Of a stretch of 32,659 nucleotides of DNA, positions 9,499-19,001 are shown in pieces. Numbering within the stretch: position 1 is the stretch's first letter; each line of letters starts with the position of its first letter. The notes beneath the pieces are model-generated. The model saw only the letters and a list, made by a program, of their open reading frames with translations, did no database searches and had not been told where the DNA came from. The position numbers were made by a program, and so were the translations under genes. Source of the DNA: a virus; UHGV virus genome UHGV-0188647; one strand, given 5' to 3'.

Positions 9499-9943
9499 GT
9501 TTCACCGTCCACATTTCTTCAGGTTCATCGGGTTCTGCTACAGCTTCAACACTCGACACACTGCCGTCAGTACTGACCAGCACACGTTCCGTCAATTGCA
9601 GGTTAAGGCTGATATCACAGACATCGTTGCGCAAAATATCCACCTCAAAGGTGAATAGCTTTTCCCGTAACGCCGGGTTATTGATGGCATCGGGCTGGTT
9701 ATCCCGAAGCCACAGCAAAACCGGGGCCATCAGCAGATTCTGGTCGCCGCTGAAATCCTCTATCACCACGTTCAGGGTATAGCGGTACTCCCATGACATG
9801 GAGCTGGCCCCCGTGGCAACCAGCGAACCGTTATCCACAAACAGATGCAGTTTGTCCGGGTTATTGCGGACATAAGGTACCGCTTTATTGAGGGCGTGGC
9901 GCAGGGATTGTGGTTTGTTCACTGTTTCGCTCCTGACACGCAA
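9491..9943 (-). CDS. R: tail completion protein (P2 gpR-like)
   Basis: 150-aa ORF after the lysis cassette; overlaps S by 8 nt; the exact start is uncertain. Confidence 0.7.
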   Translation of the reverse strand: MRVRSETVNKPQSLRHALNKAVPYVRNNPDKLHLFVDNGSLVATGASSMSWEYRYTLNVVIEDFSGDQNLLMAPVLLWLRDNQPDAINNPALREKLFTFEVDILRNDVCDISLNLQLTERVLVSTDGSVSSVEAVAEPDEPEEMWTVKRG

Positions 9944-10175
9944 TAATCATGTCCACTTTGTCTGCACAGACCGCCCAGGCGACCTCCGTTTCATCCAGCA
10001 ATGCGTTCAGATCACCGTTAGTGCGCGGCGCTGCCTGCTCCAGCCGACACGGCGTCACTCGCGGACAACCACTGACGGTAAGCTGCACCTCCGGTGAGTG
10101 CCGGACGTTCCCGCAGCCGGATAATGTCAGCAGGCAAAGGAGTATCAGCCCAGCGGCGTAAATCCTCGTTCTCAC
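9885..10175 (-). CDS. lysC: o-spanin (Rz1/LysC-like outer-membrane lipoprotein)
   Basis: N-terminus ...LILLCLLTLSGCG has a signal peptide and lipobox; the gene starts out of frame inside lysB and runs into R, the P2 lysC arrangement. Confidence 0.6.
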   Translation of the reverse strand: MRTRIYAAGLILLCLLTLSGCGNVRHSPEVQLTVSGCPRVTPCRLEQAAPRTNGDLNALLDETEVAWAVCADKVDMIIACQERNSEQTTIPAPRPQ

Positions 10176-10446
10176 GTTTCAGTTCCTCCATCCGGCGTTG
10201 TCGTTGTCTCAGCAGTGCGCTGGTCTGTTCTGCTTCGGCGTAGAGCCGCGCCTGCTCCCGGTTGTTGGTTTCAGTCAGAATGGACAGGCTGATAAGCTGG
10301 CTGTTGCTCTTTGCCAGTGCCTGGCTTTTGCTCCGAAGCTCGTCTGCCTGCGTGCTGATGGTCTGGCTGGCATCAGCCAGCCGCCACGTCTGCCAGCCCA
10401 GCGCCGCCAGTAATAACGCCAGCACAACCAGCAGCAACCGGTTCAT
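10018..10446 (-). CDS. lysB: i-spanin (Rz/LysB-like)
   Basis: 142 aa with an N-terminal transmembrane segment (LLLVVLALLLAALGW) and a charged, Q/R/E-rich coiled-coil periplasmic domain. Confidence 0.65.
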   Translation of the reverse strand: MNRLLLVVLALLLAALGWQTWRLADASQTISTQADELRSKSQALAKSNSQLISLSILTETNNREQARLYAEAEQTSALLRQRQRRMEELKRENEDLRRWADTPLPADIIRLRERPALTGGAAYRQWLSASDAVSAGAGSAAH

Positions 10447-10892
10447 GCTGCTACCTGTTGCGCAATCTGATTACGGATCATCCAGAAGGCAATAACGGTC
10501 AGCAGATAAAAGACCAGGGTAATAGCCCACCCCGTCCAGGCGAAACTTACGACAATCAGCAATCGCATCACCCAGCTGATAAATACGTTTTCTTTTCGGG
10601 TAATGGTCTTTAGCAAAGATGCCCTCAACTCCTGCCAGAGCGGGCCGTTCTTAATTGACGCAGCCAGTGCTACCGGAATTACCGCCCATGTCAGCAGACA
10701 GGCTACCCAGACACCGGACGCTGCCAGTACCGGAAAAATCCCCTGCGGATACACCATTGCTGCGATCAACAGCGCCATCCATAACATCAGAAACAGCCCG
10801 CTGATTACTTTCTTTTTCATTTCAGTTTGCTCCCTGTAAGCACCAGGCCATCTCCCGCGCACGGCGGTTATCCAGCCCCTGATTAAAAACAC
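10443..10892 (-). CDS. lysA: lysis-timing membrane protein (LysA-like)
   Basis: Multi-pass hydrophobic protein between the endolysin and spanin genes; the true start may be the internal Met MKKKVISG. Confidence 0.6.
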   Translation of the reverse strand: MFLIRGWITAVRGRWPGAYREQTEMKKKVISGLFLMLWMALLIAAMVYPQGIFPVLAASGVWVACLLTWAVIPVALAASIKNGPLWQELRASLLKTITRKENVFISWVMRLLIVVSFAWTGWAITLVFYLLTVIAFWMIRNQIAQQVAA

Positions 10893-11334
10893 CTTTCACA
10901 TAAACCCAGCGCGGCAACTGTCGGCACGCATCCGCCCAGCGCCGCTGATTGAGTAATTTCACCAGTGTGGAACTGCAGGCATTGCCCGTTCCCACGTTGA
11001 AGGCAAACGACACCGCAGCGTCATACACCTTCTGCGGCGGCTGTTGCTTCACACACCTTTCCAGCGCCCGCTCCACACGCAGCACGTTGGAGATCAGCCC
11101 TTCTGCTGCCTGTCGCTCCGTAATGGTTTTGCCGGGAATGACGCCCGACGTATTACCAATGCCGTCGGTCCAGACACCCGCGCTGCACTGATACGGCTGC
11201 AGACGACAGCCTTCGTAATCAGCAATCAGTTTCAGCCCCTCCACGGAGGTGTGAAGCTGCTGAAAACCCGGCAGCGTGGCAGTAATAGCCAGCACGGCCC
11301 CGACAAGGCAGCGTTTAACGATTGATGGATTCAT
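10822..11334 (-). CDS. K: endolysin (lysozyme, T4-lysozyme/GH24-like) with a possible N-terminal SAR segment
   Basis: Contains EGLKLIADYEGCRLQPYQC...GVWTDGIGNT, which reads as a GH24 E-D-T catalytic region; weakly hydrophobic N-terminus CLVGAVLAITATLPG. Confidence 0.85.
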   Translation of the reverse strand: MNPSIVKRCLVGAVLAITATLPGFQQLHTSVEGLKLIADYEGCRLQPYQCSAGVWTDGIGNTSGVIPGKTITERQAAEGLISNVLRVERALERCVKQQPPQKVYDAAVSFAFNVGTGNACSSTLVKLLNQRRWADACRQLPRWVYVKGVFNQGLDNRRAREMAWCLQGAN

Positions 11335-11530
11335 AGTCCTCCCGCGAGATCTGCCCGTCGCGCAGAAGCTGGTAGGCTTTATGTTTGTAGTACCAGTTGA
11401 TAGCCAGCATCAGCACACCAATCATCAGGCCGCCCAGCGTTGAGGCATCCTTGATGGACAAATCGCCCAGCCAGGCCAGCACGACGGCGATGCAATACGT
11501 GATAAAGGCGCTGATTCGCTCAAGCGTCAT
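11315..11530 (-). CDS. holin (two-TMD class, pinholin-like)
   Basis: 71 aa with two hydrophobic segments and a charged C-terminus; sits directly upstream of the endolysin. Confidence 0.6.
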   Translation of the reverse strand: MTLERISAFITYCIAVVLAWLGDLSIKDASTLGGLMIGVLMLAINWYYKHKAYQLLRDGQISREDYESINR

Positions 11531-11533
11531 AAT

Positions 11534-11737
11534 TCAGTCCCATAGCTGGACGGTCTGCACGGTGGTGGTGGTCGGAATGTCCGGCAGCTCCACCTGCAGC
11601 CCGTGAGGTAAAAAGGGGCCGTATTCGGCAAGCCCCGGATTTGCCTTCAGTACCTGCTCCGTGACACCCTGCGTGCGCCCGTAATGACGCCAGCAAAGCG
11701 CGTCCACCGTGTCATACTGATGCGCACGCACTTTCAT
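11534..11737 (-). CDS. X: tail protein X (P2 gpX-like, LysM-like)
   Basis: 67-aa ORF between L and the holin, the same size and place as P2 X. Confidence 0.7.
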   Translation of the reverse strand: MKVRAHQYDTVDALCWRHYGRTQGVTEQVLKANPGLAEYGPFLPHGLQVELPDIPTTTTVQTVQLWD

Positions 11738-12264
11738 CAGATAAGCTCCACTGTGCAGTGCGGCGCGTCCTGCACCCGGCTGATGGCCCAGCGGGCGTCA
11801 CGCCACAAATCACCGCTGGCTTCCGCCAGTTCCTCGCCCCGCTTCACACCGGACGCCGTGGCGTCATAGTCCTGGTATCGTTCGTTGAGCATGGCGCGTG
11901 CCCAGCAGTAAACCGCGTTGAAATAGTGCTGAATGCGCTCACTTTTGCCGTCCAGCTGTTCCGCCGGAACCTCAGCCAGCGACACATATCCCAGCATCTG
12001 CTGACGTCTGCGAAACTCATACAGCTCTGCGTTGACCTCCGAAATTGCCGACAGGGCAACCTGCTTTAAACGCGGCTGCGTCACCGTGCCGTCAGTGCGC
12101 ATCACGCTGCGAAACTCCGACAGGTCCACATCAGGCCAGAACGGCGTATTTCTGATGATTTCCGCCTGTTCCGGTGCCTGTTCTGGCGCAACAAACTTCA
12201 TGCTGCTTTCTCCTGAAATAGAGGGCGGTGGACGGGATTTTGATGTGGCTATGCCTTTCGCCAC
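11737..12264 (-). CDS. L: head completion/stabilisation protein (P2 gpL-like)
   Basis: ORF after M; an alternative start at 12201 (MKFVAPEQ...) has an AGGAGA RBS. Confidence 0.75.
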   Translation of the reverse strand: MAKGIATSKSRPPPSISGESSMKFVAPEQAPEQAEIIRNTPFWPDVDLSEFRSVMRTDGTVTQPRLKQVALSAISEVNAELYEFRRRQQMLGYVSLAEVPAEQLDGKSERIQHYFNAVYCWARAMLNERYQDYDATASGVKRGEELAEASGDLWRDARWAISRVQDAPHCTVELI

Positions 12265-12296
12265 CCCGTGCCGCCCGTGCGCGGGGGCACGTTCTG

Positions 12297-12947
12297 TCAG
12301 CGGCTGTCATTGCGCAGTCTGCGCTCCAGCTGCTGTTTGTCTTTTTTCACGCCACAGCGGGGATCGAGCTGTAACGCATGGTTGAGATGATTAAGGGCGG
12401 AAGCCGGATTGCTTTCACTCAGGACAGCGCCAATCGCTTTATGCAGACGCGCCCGTGACTGGTCCGGCATATCCAGACCGTCTGTCAGCTCCAGCGTCTG
12501 CAGCAACAGATCGGCATCAAAGCCGGTAGCGGCAAGCATTGCGCTCTGCGCTGCATCTGCCATTTCCTCTGCCAGCACGGTCTGCACGTTGCGGTTACCC
12601 AGAGGCATCACCCAGCCATGACGCAGGGCATGACGCCCGATCTCCAGCGCCCCGGCATAATCTCCGGCATCAATGCGCCACAGCATCACGTACATCAGCA
12701 CGTCATCCTGTTGAGCGCCTCCGGCAGCCAGGACGCCCTCCGCCCAGGCGGCATATTTCGGCAGCAGCTCCACCTTTATTTCCGCTTTTTTCACCGTGGA
12801 CTGAACGCCCTTGAGACGGCGGCGGTCTTCCGACAGCTGCAGCAGCATCAGGTCATAGCCCGACGCGTGGCGAACACTGCCGCCCTCACGGGCGGCCTGT
12901 TCAGCCTGAACGCGCAGGCGATGCTGCCGTGCGGGACTCAGGCTCAT
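12297..12947 (-). CDS. M: terminase small (endonuclease) subunit (P2 gpM-like)
   Basis: 216-aa ORF after the major capsid gene; order O-N-M-L. Confidence 0.8.
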   Translation of the reverse strand: MSLSPARQHRLRVQAEQAAREGGSVRHASGYDLMLLQLSEDRRRLKGVQSTVKKAEIKVELLPKYAAWAEGVLAAGGAQQDDVLMYVMLWRIDAGDYAGALEIGRHALRHGWVMPLGNRNVQTVLAEEMADAAQSAMLAATGFDADLLLQTLELTDGLDMPDQSRARLHKAIGAVLSESNPASALNHLNHALQLDPRCGVKKDKQQLERRLRNDSR

Positions 12948-12950
12948 GGT

Positions 12951-14009
12951 TTACGCTCCGGCTTCTGCTGCGGCGGCGCTGAAATCACCAATCTGGATGT
13001 TTTCCACCAGTGCGGCGCAGCGGTAGTCCTCAACCACATAGGCTTCATTAACGGATTCAAAGTTTTCAATCCGGTCACGTTTCGGGTTGTCGATAACTGA
13101 ACGGCGGCGGGTGTCTTCCTGCCAGTAGATGGACAAGTTATCCAGACGGGTGATCAGCAGTGCATTCGGCGGGAAGAACGGCGCACGCACGGCCTGCAGG
13201 CCACCCATGCGTTTCTGACTGATGATCATATCGGCAGCGAGTTTTTCACTGTTTTCCTGCTCTTTGTTGACCAGTGGGAAATACTTGTCAGACAACAGTT
13301 CACGACCGCAAATCACCACCAGATCGTCATCGTCCTGGTAGACCACGTCGATAAGCTCATTGACGGCATCCATCACCACGGCGTCCAGGTTGGCATATTC
13401 GCCACCTTTACCGACTTTCACCGCGCCCGGTGTGGTTTCACCGCCTGTGGTGGTGCTGCCCATGACGTGATCCGGTGCATCCTCACGGATTTTCTGCAGC
13501 CAGCCTTTGTTCACATCCTGCAGCAGCGGGTTTTCACTACGGTTGGAGGTTTTCGCACGCTTCACGCCGTTAAAGCCGATCATGATGCGGTCCAGTGCCT
13601 GACGTTTCACGATGGCGTCACGGATACGCACCTGGAAATCCTGAAATTTCGCCCACAGGTCCAGCTTCGCGTAGGTCAGCACCGTGTCAAAGTTGGTCTG
13701 CTCGCATTTGTATTCCACATCGACCATCAGCGTCGGATCGACAGGTTCACGCTCTTTCGCGGTGGTATCAGTGGTTCCGGCAATGGTGCTGCCAACACCC
13801 AACCCCAGCAGCTGACCGGACTGCTCAGTCACTGGCGTGACGTTAATCAGCGTCAGGAAAGCGGCGGACTGCTGGATCTGGTCTTCCAGCGTCTGCTGTA
13901 CAGACGGCTCCACGGTGAACTTGCTGGACAGTTCTTCAACTGCCACACCGTTCAGACGCGCCAGCTGCTGCAGGTAAGCGTTAAAAGCAAAGCGGGTATT
14001 CTTCTTCAT
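12951..14009 (-). CDS. N: major capsid protein (P2 gpN-like)
   Basis: 352-aa ORF after the scaffold gene; P2 N is about 357 aa. Confidence 0.9.
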   Translation of the reverse strand: MKKNTRFAFNAYLQQLARLNGVAVEELSSKFTVEPSVQQTLEDQIQQSAAFLTLINVTPVTEQSGQLLGLGVGSTIAGTTDTTAKEREPVDPTLMVDVEYKCEQTNFDTVLTYAKLDLWAKFQDFQVRIRDAIVKRQALDRIMIGFNGVKRAKTSNRSENPLLQDVNKGWLQKIREDAPDHVMGSTTTGGETTPGAVKVGKGGEYANLDAVVMDAVNELIDVVYQDDDDLVVICGRELLSDKYFPLVNKEQENSEKLAADMIISQKRMGGLQAVRAPFFPPNALLITRLDNLSIYWQEDTRRRSVIDNPKRDRIENFESVNEAYVVEDYRCAALVENIQIGDFSAAAAEAGA

Positions 14010-14025
14010 CAGGTTTTGTGCTCCA

Positions 14026-14859
14026 TCAGCAATTGGTCAGAGTGTCAGCGGGGGCGTTACCGCCTGTTGCACGCTGGCGGTAGTCCTGGCGGCTGTCTTC
14101 ATGACTCAGCTTATTCACCAGTTCGTTAAAAGCGGTTTGCTGCTCCTGCAGAGCAGTCTCCAGTTCAGACAGGCGTTCTTCCTGCTCAGACAGGGATTTT
14201 TCGGTGCGTGCGCTCAGGTTCTGCTGCTCAGTGGCGACCAGCTCCACGGCCTTATGCACATCAGAGAACCGGGCATCATCGGACTGCTCTTTTTTGGTGA
14301 ACAGCGCCGTGACACGGGCAAACAGGGACGGTTTGTCATCCTGGATTTCTTCCAGTTCGATCACCGTTTCCTCTGCAGCGGTAAAGAGATTGGCAGGATT
14401 CTGCTTGCGGCTTGCCAGCGGGTTATGGGCTGCACTGGCGCTGAATGTCAGCATTTCCGTACCCAGACTGGCTGGATCATCAGTGGCAGCCAGGCCGACC
14501 AGGTAGGCTTTGCCCGTATCAGCAAACTTCGGGCTGACTTCCATAGAGGTGAATAATTTCTGGCCTTTTTTCACCAGCTCCACCAGGGACTCCGTTGGCT
14601 CAACGTCGGCATACAGCGCCATCTTGCCTGCCAGCGGACCTTCCGTGATTTCTTCAGCAAACAGCGCCGTCACCTTGCCGTAGCGGTTAAAGGTGCTGTC
14701 CGGCAGATAAGACTTGATGTGCTCAAGGTTAATCAGCGCGGTATACACCGCCGGGTTGTAGCTGGCTGCCATCTGTTCCAGCCATTCACGCTGGATTTCG
14801 CGTCCGTCGGTGGTGGCACCTTCCACCCCGATGCGAAAACGCTTTGCTTTCACTGTCAT
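14026..14859 (-). CDS. O: capsid scaffolding protein (P2 gpO-like)
   Basis: 277-aa acidic ORF transcribed divergently from the terminase gene. Confidence 0.85.
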   Translation of the reverse strand: MTVKAKRFRIGVEGATTDGREIQREWLEQMAASYNPAVYTALINLEHIKSYLPDSTFNRYGKVTALFAEEITEGPLAGKMALYADVEPTESLVELVKKGQKLFTSMEVSPKFADTGKAYLVGLAATDDPASLGTEMLTFSASAAHNPLASRKQNPANLFTAAEETVIELEEIQDDKPSLFARVTALFTKKEQSDDARFSDVHKAVELVATEQQNLSARTEKSLSEQEERLSELETALQEQQTAFNELVNKLSHEDSRQDYRQRATGGNAPADTLTNC

Positions 14860-14937
14860 GAGCCGTGCTCCGTTAGAAAAAACTTACTGGAGCCTTATGG
14901 TTGCGGTGATGGGGGCAGTGAAACAATGCGCGGTATT

Positions 14938-14955
14938 TGTACCGACAACCACACA
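14938..14955. promoter_or_regulatory. late-promoter activator site (TGT-N12-ACA) in the divergent O/P region
   Basis: tgtaccgacaaccacaca is a perfect TGT-N12-ACA, nearly identical to the FI site; its spacing suits the leftward O promoter. No second perfect dyad for P was found. Confidence 0.4.
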
Positions 14956-15001
14956 AACCGCAGGCGGGGAAAGCCTTCATTCAAGGCTGTAGGTTTGTGC
15001 C

Positions 15002-16768
15002 ATGAACACCACACTGACACCCGCAGATCTCGATCCCCGTCGGCAGGCCATGCTGCTGTACTTTCAGGGATACCGCGTAGCCCGCATTGCTGAAATGCTG
15101 GGCGAGAAAGTTGCAACCGTTCACAGCTGGAAAAAACGCGACAAGTGGGGTGACTATGGGCCGCTGGATCAGATGCAGCTCACCACCGCCGCACGCTACT
15201 GCCAGCTCATTATGAAGGAGCACAAAGAAGGGAAAGATTTCAAAGAGATTGACCTGCTGGCGCGCCAGTCGGAGCGCCACGCGCGGATCGGCAAGTTTAA
15301 CAATGGCGGCAACGAATCCGACTTAAACCCTAACGTCGCCAACCGCAACAAAGGCCCGCGCCGTCAGCCGGAAAAGAATGTTTTCACCGATGAGCAGATT
15401 GAGAAGCTGGAAGAAATCTTCCATTCCTCCATGTTCAACTACCAGCGCCACTGGTGGGAAGCCGGAAAAACCAACCGCATCCGCAACCTGCTGAAGTCAC
15501 GCCAGATCGGCGCGACCTTTTACTTTGCCCGTGAAGCCCTGATTGACGCTCTGCTTACCGGACGTAACCAGATTTTTCTTTCCGCCAGCAAGGCACAGGC
15601 TCACGTCTTTAAGCAGTACATCATAGACTTCGCCAAAGAAGTCGAGGTGGAGCTGAAAGGCGATCCGATGGTGCTTCCTAACGGAGCCACGCTTTACTTC
15701 CTCGGCACCAATGCCCGCACGGCCCAGAGTTACCACGGCAACCTGTATCTGGATGAATATTTCTGGATACCGAAATTCCAGGAGCTGCGCAAAGTGGCTT
15801 CTGGTATGGCTATTCACAAAAAATGGCGACAAACCTATTTTTCCACGCCATCCAGCCTGACACACAGTGCTTATCCGTTCTGGTCCGGTGCGCTGTTCAA
15901 CCGTGGGCGCAATAAAGCCGATAAGGTGGACATCGACCTGTCCCACAGCAATCTGGCCCCCGGCCTGCTGTGCGCAGACGGGCAATACCGCCAGATAGTC
16001 ACCGTGGAAGATGCAGTGCGCGGCGGATGTAACCTTTTCGACCTCGATCAGTTGCGCATGGAGTACAGCCCGGACGAATACCAGAACCTGCTGATGTGCG
16101 AGTTTGTGGACGATCTCGCGTCCGTGTTCCCGCTCAGCGAGCTGCAGGCGTGCATGGTGGACAGTTGGGAAGTCTGGACCGACTTTCATGCACTGGCCCT
16201 GCGCCCGTTTGGCTGGCGCGAAGTGTGGATCGGTTATGACCCGGCAAAAGGTACGCAAAACGGCGACAGCGCCGGGTGCGTGGTGGTGGCACCGCCAGCC
16301 GTGCCGGGCGGTAAGTTCCGCATTCTTGAGCGTCACCAGTGGCGCGGGATGGACTTCCGCGCCCAGGCTAACGCCATCAAAAAACTGACTGAACAGTACA
16401 ACGTGACATACATCGGTATCGACTCAACCGGCGTCGGTCACGGGGTTTACGAGAACGTGAAAGCGTTTTTTCCTGCCGTCCGGGAGTTTGTCTACAACCC
16501 CAACGTTAAAAACGCCCTGGTACTCAAGGCCTACGACATTATTAGCCACCGCCGCCTGGAGTTTGACGCCGGGCACACCGACATAGCGCAGTCCTTTATG
16601 GCAATCCGTCGCGCCACCACTGCCAGCGGCAACCGCCCGACCTATGAGGCCAGCCGCAGCGAAGAAGCCAGCCACGCCGATCTGGCCTGGGCAACAATGC
16701 ACGCACTGTTTAACGAACCGCTGCAGGGCGAGTCCGCCAATACCAGCAATATTGTGGAGATTTTTTGA
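15002..16768 (+). CDS. P: terminase large (ATPase) subunit (P2 gpP-like)
   Basis: 588-aa ORF (P2 P is about 590 aa), divergent from O, followed by the portal gene with an ATGA overlap. Confidence 0.9.
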   Translation: MNTTLTPADLDPRRQAMLLYFQGYRVARIAEMLGEKVATVHSWKKRDKWGDYGPLDQMQLTTAARYCQLIMKEHKEGKDFKEIDLLARQSERHARIGKFNNGGNESDLNPNVANRNKGPRRQPEKNVFTDEQIEKLEEIFHSSMFNYQRHWWEAGKTNRIRNLLKSRQIGATFYFAREALIDALLTGRNQIFLSASKAQAHVFKQYIIDFAKEVEVELKGDPMVLPNGATLYFLGTNARTAQSYHGNLYLDEYFWIPKFQELRKVASGMAIHKKWRQTYFSTPSSLTHSAYPFWSGALFNRGRNKADKVDIDLSHSNLAPGLLCADGQYRQIVTVEDAVRGGCNLFDLDQLRMEYSPDEYQNLLMCEFVDDLASVFPLSELQACMVDSWEVWTDFHALALRPFGWREVWIGYDPAKGTQNGDSAGCVVVAPPAVPGGKFRILERHQWRGMDFRAQANAIKKLTEQYNVTYIGIDSTGVGHGVYENVKAFFPAVREFVYNPNVKNALVLKAYDIISHRRLEFDAGHTDIAQSFMAIRRATTASGNRPTYEASRSEEASHADLAWATMHALFNEPLQGESANTSNIVEIF

Positions 16769-17793
16769 TGGGAAAGAGTAAGAAAAACCGCGCTGCGGCG
16801 ACGAATCAGCTCAAGCATAAAAGCCAAACTTCAGCCGAAGCATTCAGCTTTGGCGATCCCGTTCCTGTTCTGGACCGCCGTGAACTGCTGGACTATGTGG
16901 AATGCGTACAGATGGACCGCTGGTATGAGCCGCCCGTCAGCTTTGACGGACTGGCACGAACCTTCCGCGCCGCCGTGCATCACAGCTCACCAATTGCGGT
17001 GAAATGCAACATTCTGACCAGTACCTACATCCCTCACCCGCTGCTCAGCCAGCAGGCTTTTTCACGTTTTGTGCAGGACTATCTGGTATTTGGTAACGCC
17101 TACCTGGAGAAACGCACGAACCGCTTCGGTGAAGTTATCGCCCTTGAGCCTGCTCTGGCAAAATACACCCGACGCGGGTTAGACCTGGATACCTACTGGT
17201 TTGTGCAATACGGTATGACAACCCAGCCGTATCAGTTCACGAAAGGCAGCATTTTTCATCTGATGGAACCGGACATCAACCAGGAGATCTACGGCCTGCC
17301 AGGTTATCTTTCTGCCATTCCATCAGCCCTGCTCAACGAGTCCGCCACGCTGTTCCGCCGCAAGTATTACATTAACGGCAGTCATGCAGGCTTCATCATG
17401 TACATGACCGATGCCGCGCAGAACCAGGAGGATGTGAACAACCTCCGCAATGCGATGAAAAGCGCCAAAGGCCCTGGCAACTTCCGCAACCTGTTTATGT
17501 ACTCGCCTAACGGCAAAAAGGACGGGCTTCAGATCATCCCGTTGTCAGAAGTCGCGGCGAAGGATGAGTTTCTGAGTATCAAAAATGTCAGCCGCGATGA
17601 CATGATGGCAGCGCATCGTGTGCCGCCGCAAATGATGGGGATTATGCCGAATAATGTTGGGGGGTTTGGGGATGTGGAGAAGGCAAGCCGTGTGTTTGTT
17701 CGTAACGAACTAATACCATTGCAAAAAAGATTGGATGAGTTAAATAATTGGTTAGACGATAAAATAATAACATTTAACACATACAATTTTTAA
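16765..17793 (+). CDS. Q: portal protein (P2 gpQ-like); last ~25 codons unusually AT-rich
   Basis: 342-aa ORF (P2 Q is about 344 aa) after the terminase gene, oriented toward cos; the C-terminal tail ...LDELNNWLDDKIITFNTYNF is encoded by AT-rich DNA unlike the rest of the gene. Confidence 0.85.
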   Translation: MMGKSKKNRAAATNQLKHKSQTSAEAFSFGDPVPVLDRRELLDYVECVQMDRWYEPPVSFDGLARTFRAAVHHSSPIAVKCNILTSTYIPHPLLSQQAFSRFVQDYLVFGNAYLEKRTNRFGEVIALEPALAKYTRRGLDLDTYWFVQYGMTTQPYQFTKGSIFHLMEPDINQEIYGLPGYLSAIPSALLNESATLFRRKYYINGSHAGFIMYMTDAAQNQEDVNNLRNAMKSAKGPGNFRNLFMYSPNGKKDGLQIIPLSEVAAKDEFLSIKNVSRDDMMAAHRVPPQMMGIMPNNVGGFGDVEKASRVFVRNELIPLQKRLDELNNWLDDKIITFNTYNF

Positions 17794-17798
17794 AGCAA

Positions 17799-17818
17799 GC
17801 CCTCAATCGAGGGCTTTT
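17799..17818. terminator. hairpin terminator between the convergent portal gene and cargo operon
   Basis: gccctc-aatc-gagggc stem-loop followed by tttt on the plus strand; A-rich on the other side. Confidence 0.5.
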
Positions 17819-17823
17819 GAAAA

Positions 17824-18345
17824 TCAGTTAATCAGTTTATTTAATGACTTAGACCACTTCTGTCCCAAATCATCAATATCAAAATCACCATCTCGCTGCT
17901 GCCATTTAAAAACTAAGGCTATAAGTTCACTCTTGAGGATTCTTTTATAATAATCCTTAGATTTTAATTGCTCAAGTATATGTTCACCAACCTCAGCAAG
18001 CTTTCTATGATTTAATTCTGACAGATCTCGATGCAAATGGTTAACTGATTTATACAAAGTATTTCCTTCAGTACGAGAAATATCAATACCTTTATCTTCA
18101 AACCATTGTGAATCAAGCCAAACCAAATCTATCGTAGCTGGCTCTGACATCGTGGTGGCAAGGGCAACAATAATTTTCTCTACCGATTCATCTTGAAAAT
18201 CGATAGAGTCAGAAACCCAAACTGACAAGGTGTTATTAGAGGTCCTTGTGCAACCTGTTATCGCGTCTGCGGATATATTGTCAGGTGCTCTACCTTTATT
18301 ACATTCCCATTTACTATGGGATATTTTACGCAATAAATATGTCAT
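17824..18345 (-). CDS. hypothetical protein, cargo operon gene 3 (173 aa)
   Basis: AT-rich ORF; its ATG overlaps the upstream gene's stop as TAATG (18343-18347); no family recognised; has an R-x6-H pair (RDLSELNH). Confidence 0.6.
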   Translation of the reverse strand: MTYLLRKISHSKWECNKGRAPDNISADAITGCTRTSNNTLSVWVSDSIDFQDESVEKIIVALATTMSEPATIDLVWLDSQWFEDKGIDISRTEGNTLYKSVNHLHRDLSELNHRKLAEVGEHILEQLKSKDYYKRILKSELIALVFKWQQRDGDFDIDDLGQKWSKSLNKLIN

Positions 18346-18992
18346 TATAGACTTCTCAAATATCCTATAACTGCTTCTTTATATTCTTCCACCCAATCAG
18401 CATCAAATTTCCTCATTCTTTCAAGGACTGGAATAAATGATTTTTCCCCCCAAGACTCAACTGCACGGATCGCTGCCTCAAATATAAGTTCATTCTCAAG
18501 AGAACAAACTCCCATAATCATAGCGTCAGCTTTATTACCTAACCATTCATATTCAATAGTCGATGCAAAATTAATGAAGTTCTTTACATGTTGATCATTC
18601 ATTCTGTACAATTGTACCCATGTCCTTTGAAAGGACTCTTGGAATAAATCCTGATTTTTATCATACAAGAACTCCATGTAAATCTGTGTCTTGCTTATCT
18701 CGCCTTCAATGTAATCTTCTGAACATGTTAACTCAATTAGTCTAGAGGTACATTTTGAAACCTGAATTTCAAAGTTCTGCTTAGTTGACGAACCTTGATT
18801 TATTGACTCAGTCTCTAATTGAAAGCCACCATTTGTTTTGCTATGTGACAGCTCATTTCTTTTAATATCAGCGTAAATGATATTGTTACCATCATAATAA
18901 TCAGAAAATGCACCTATTGAACTTACCCCATTTTTAAACTTAGGTAAGCCAAAAGGCTTTTCATCACTTATTATAAAACTATTCTTTACCAT
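18345..18992 (-). CDS. hypothetical protein, cargo operon gene 2 (215 aa)
   Basis: AT-rich ORF 9 bp after gene 1, with an AAGGTGA RBS; no family recognised. Confidence 0.6.
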   Translation of the reverse strand: MVKNSFIISDEKPFGLPKFKNGVSSIGAFSDYYDGNNIIYADIKRNELSHSKTNGGFQLETESINQGSSTKQNFEIQVSKCTSRLIELTCSEDYIEGEISKTQIYMEFLYDKNQDLFQESFQRTWVQLYRMNDQHVKNFINFASTIEYEWLGNKADAMIMGVCSLENELIFEAAIRAVESWGEKSFIPVLERMRKFDADWVEEYKEAVIGYLRSL

Positions 18993-19001
18993 AGCATCAC
19001 C

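Noticed and set aside
9019-9576. 185-aa plus-strand ORF
   Set aside because: Antisense to the S and R tail completion genes, which fit P2 synteny; artefact.
13467-14129. 220-aa plus-strand ORF
   Set aside because: Antisense to the major capsid gene N and the start of O; the capsid assignment is much better supported.
15497-16336. 279-aa minus-strand ORF
   Set aside because: Lies entirely inside and antisense to the terminase large subunit gene; artefact of GC-rich sequence.
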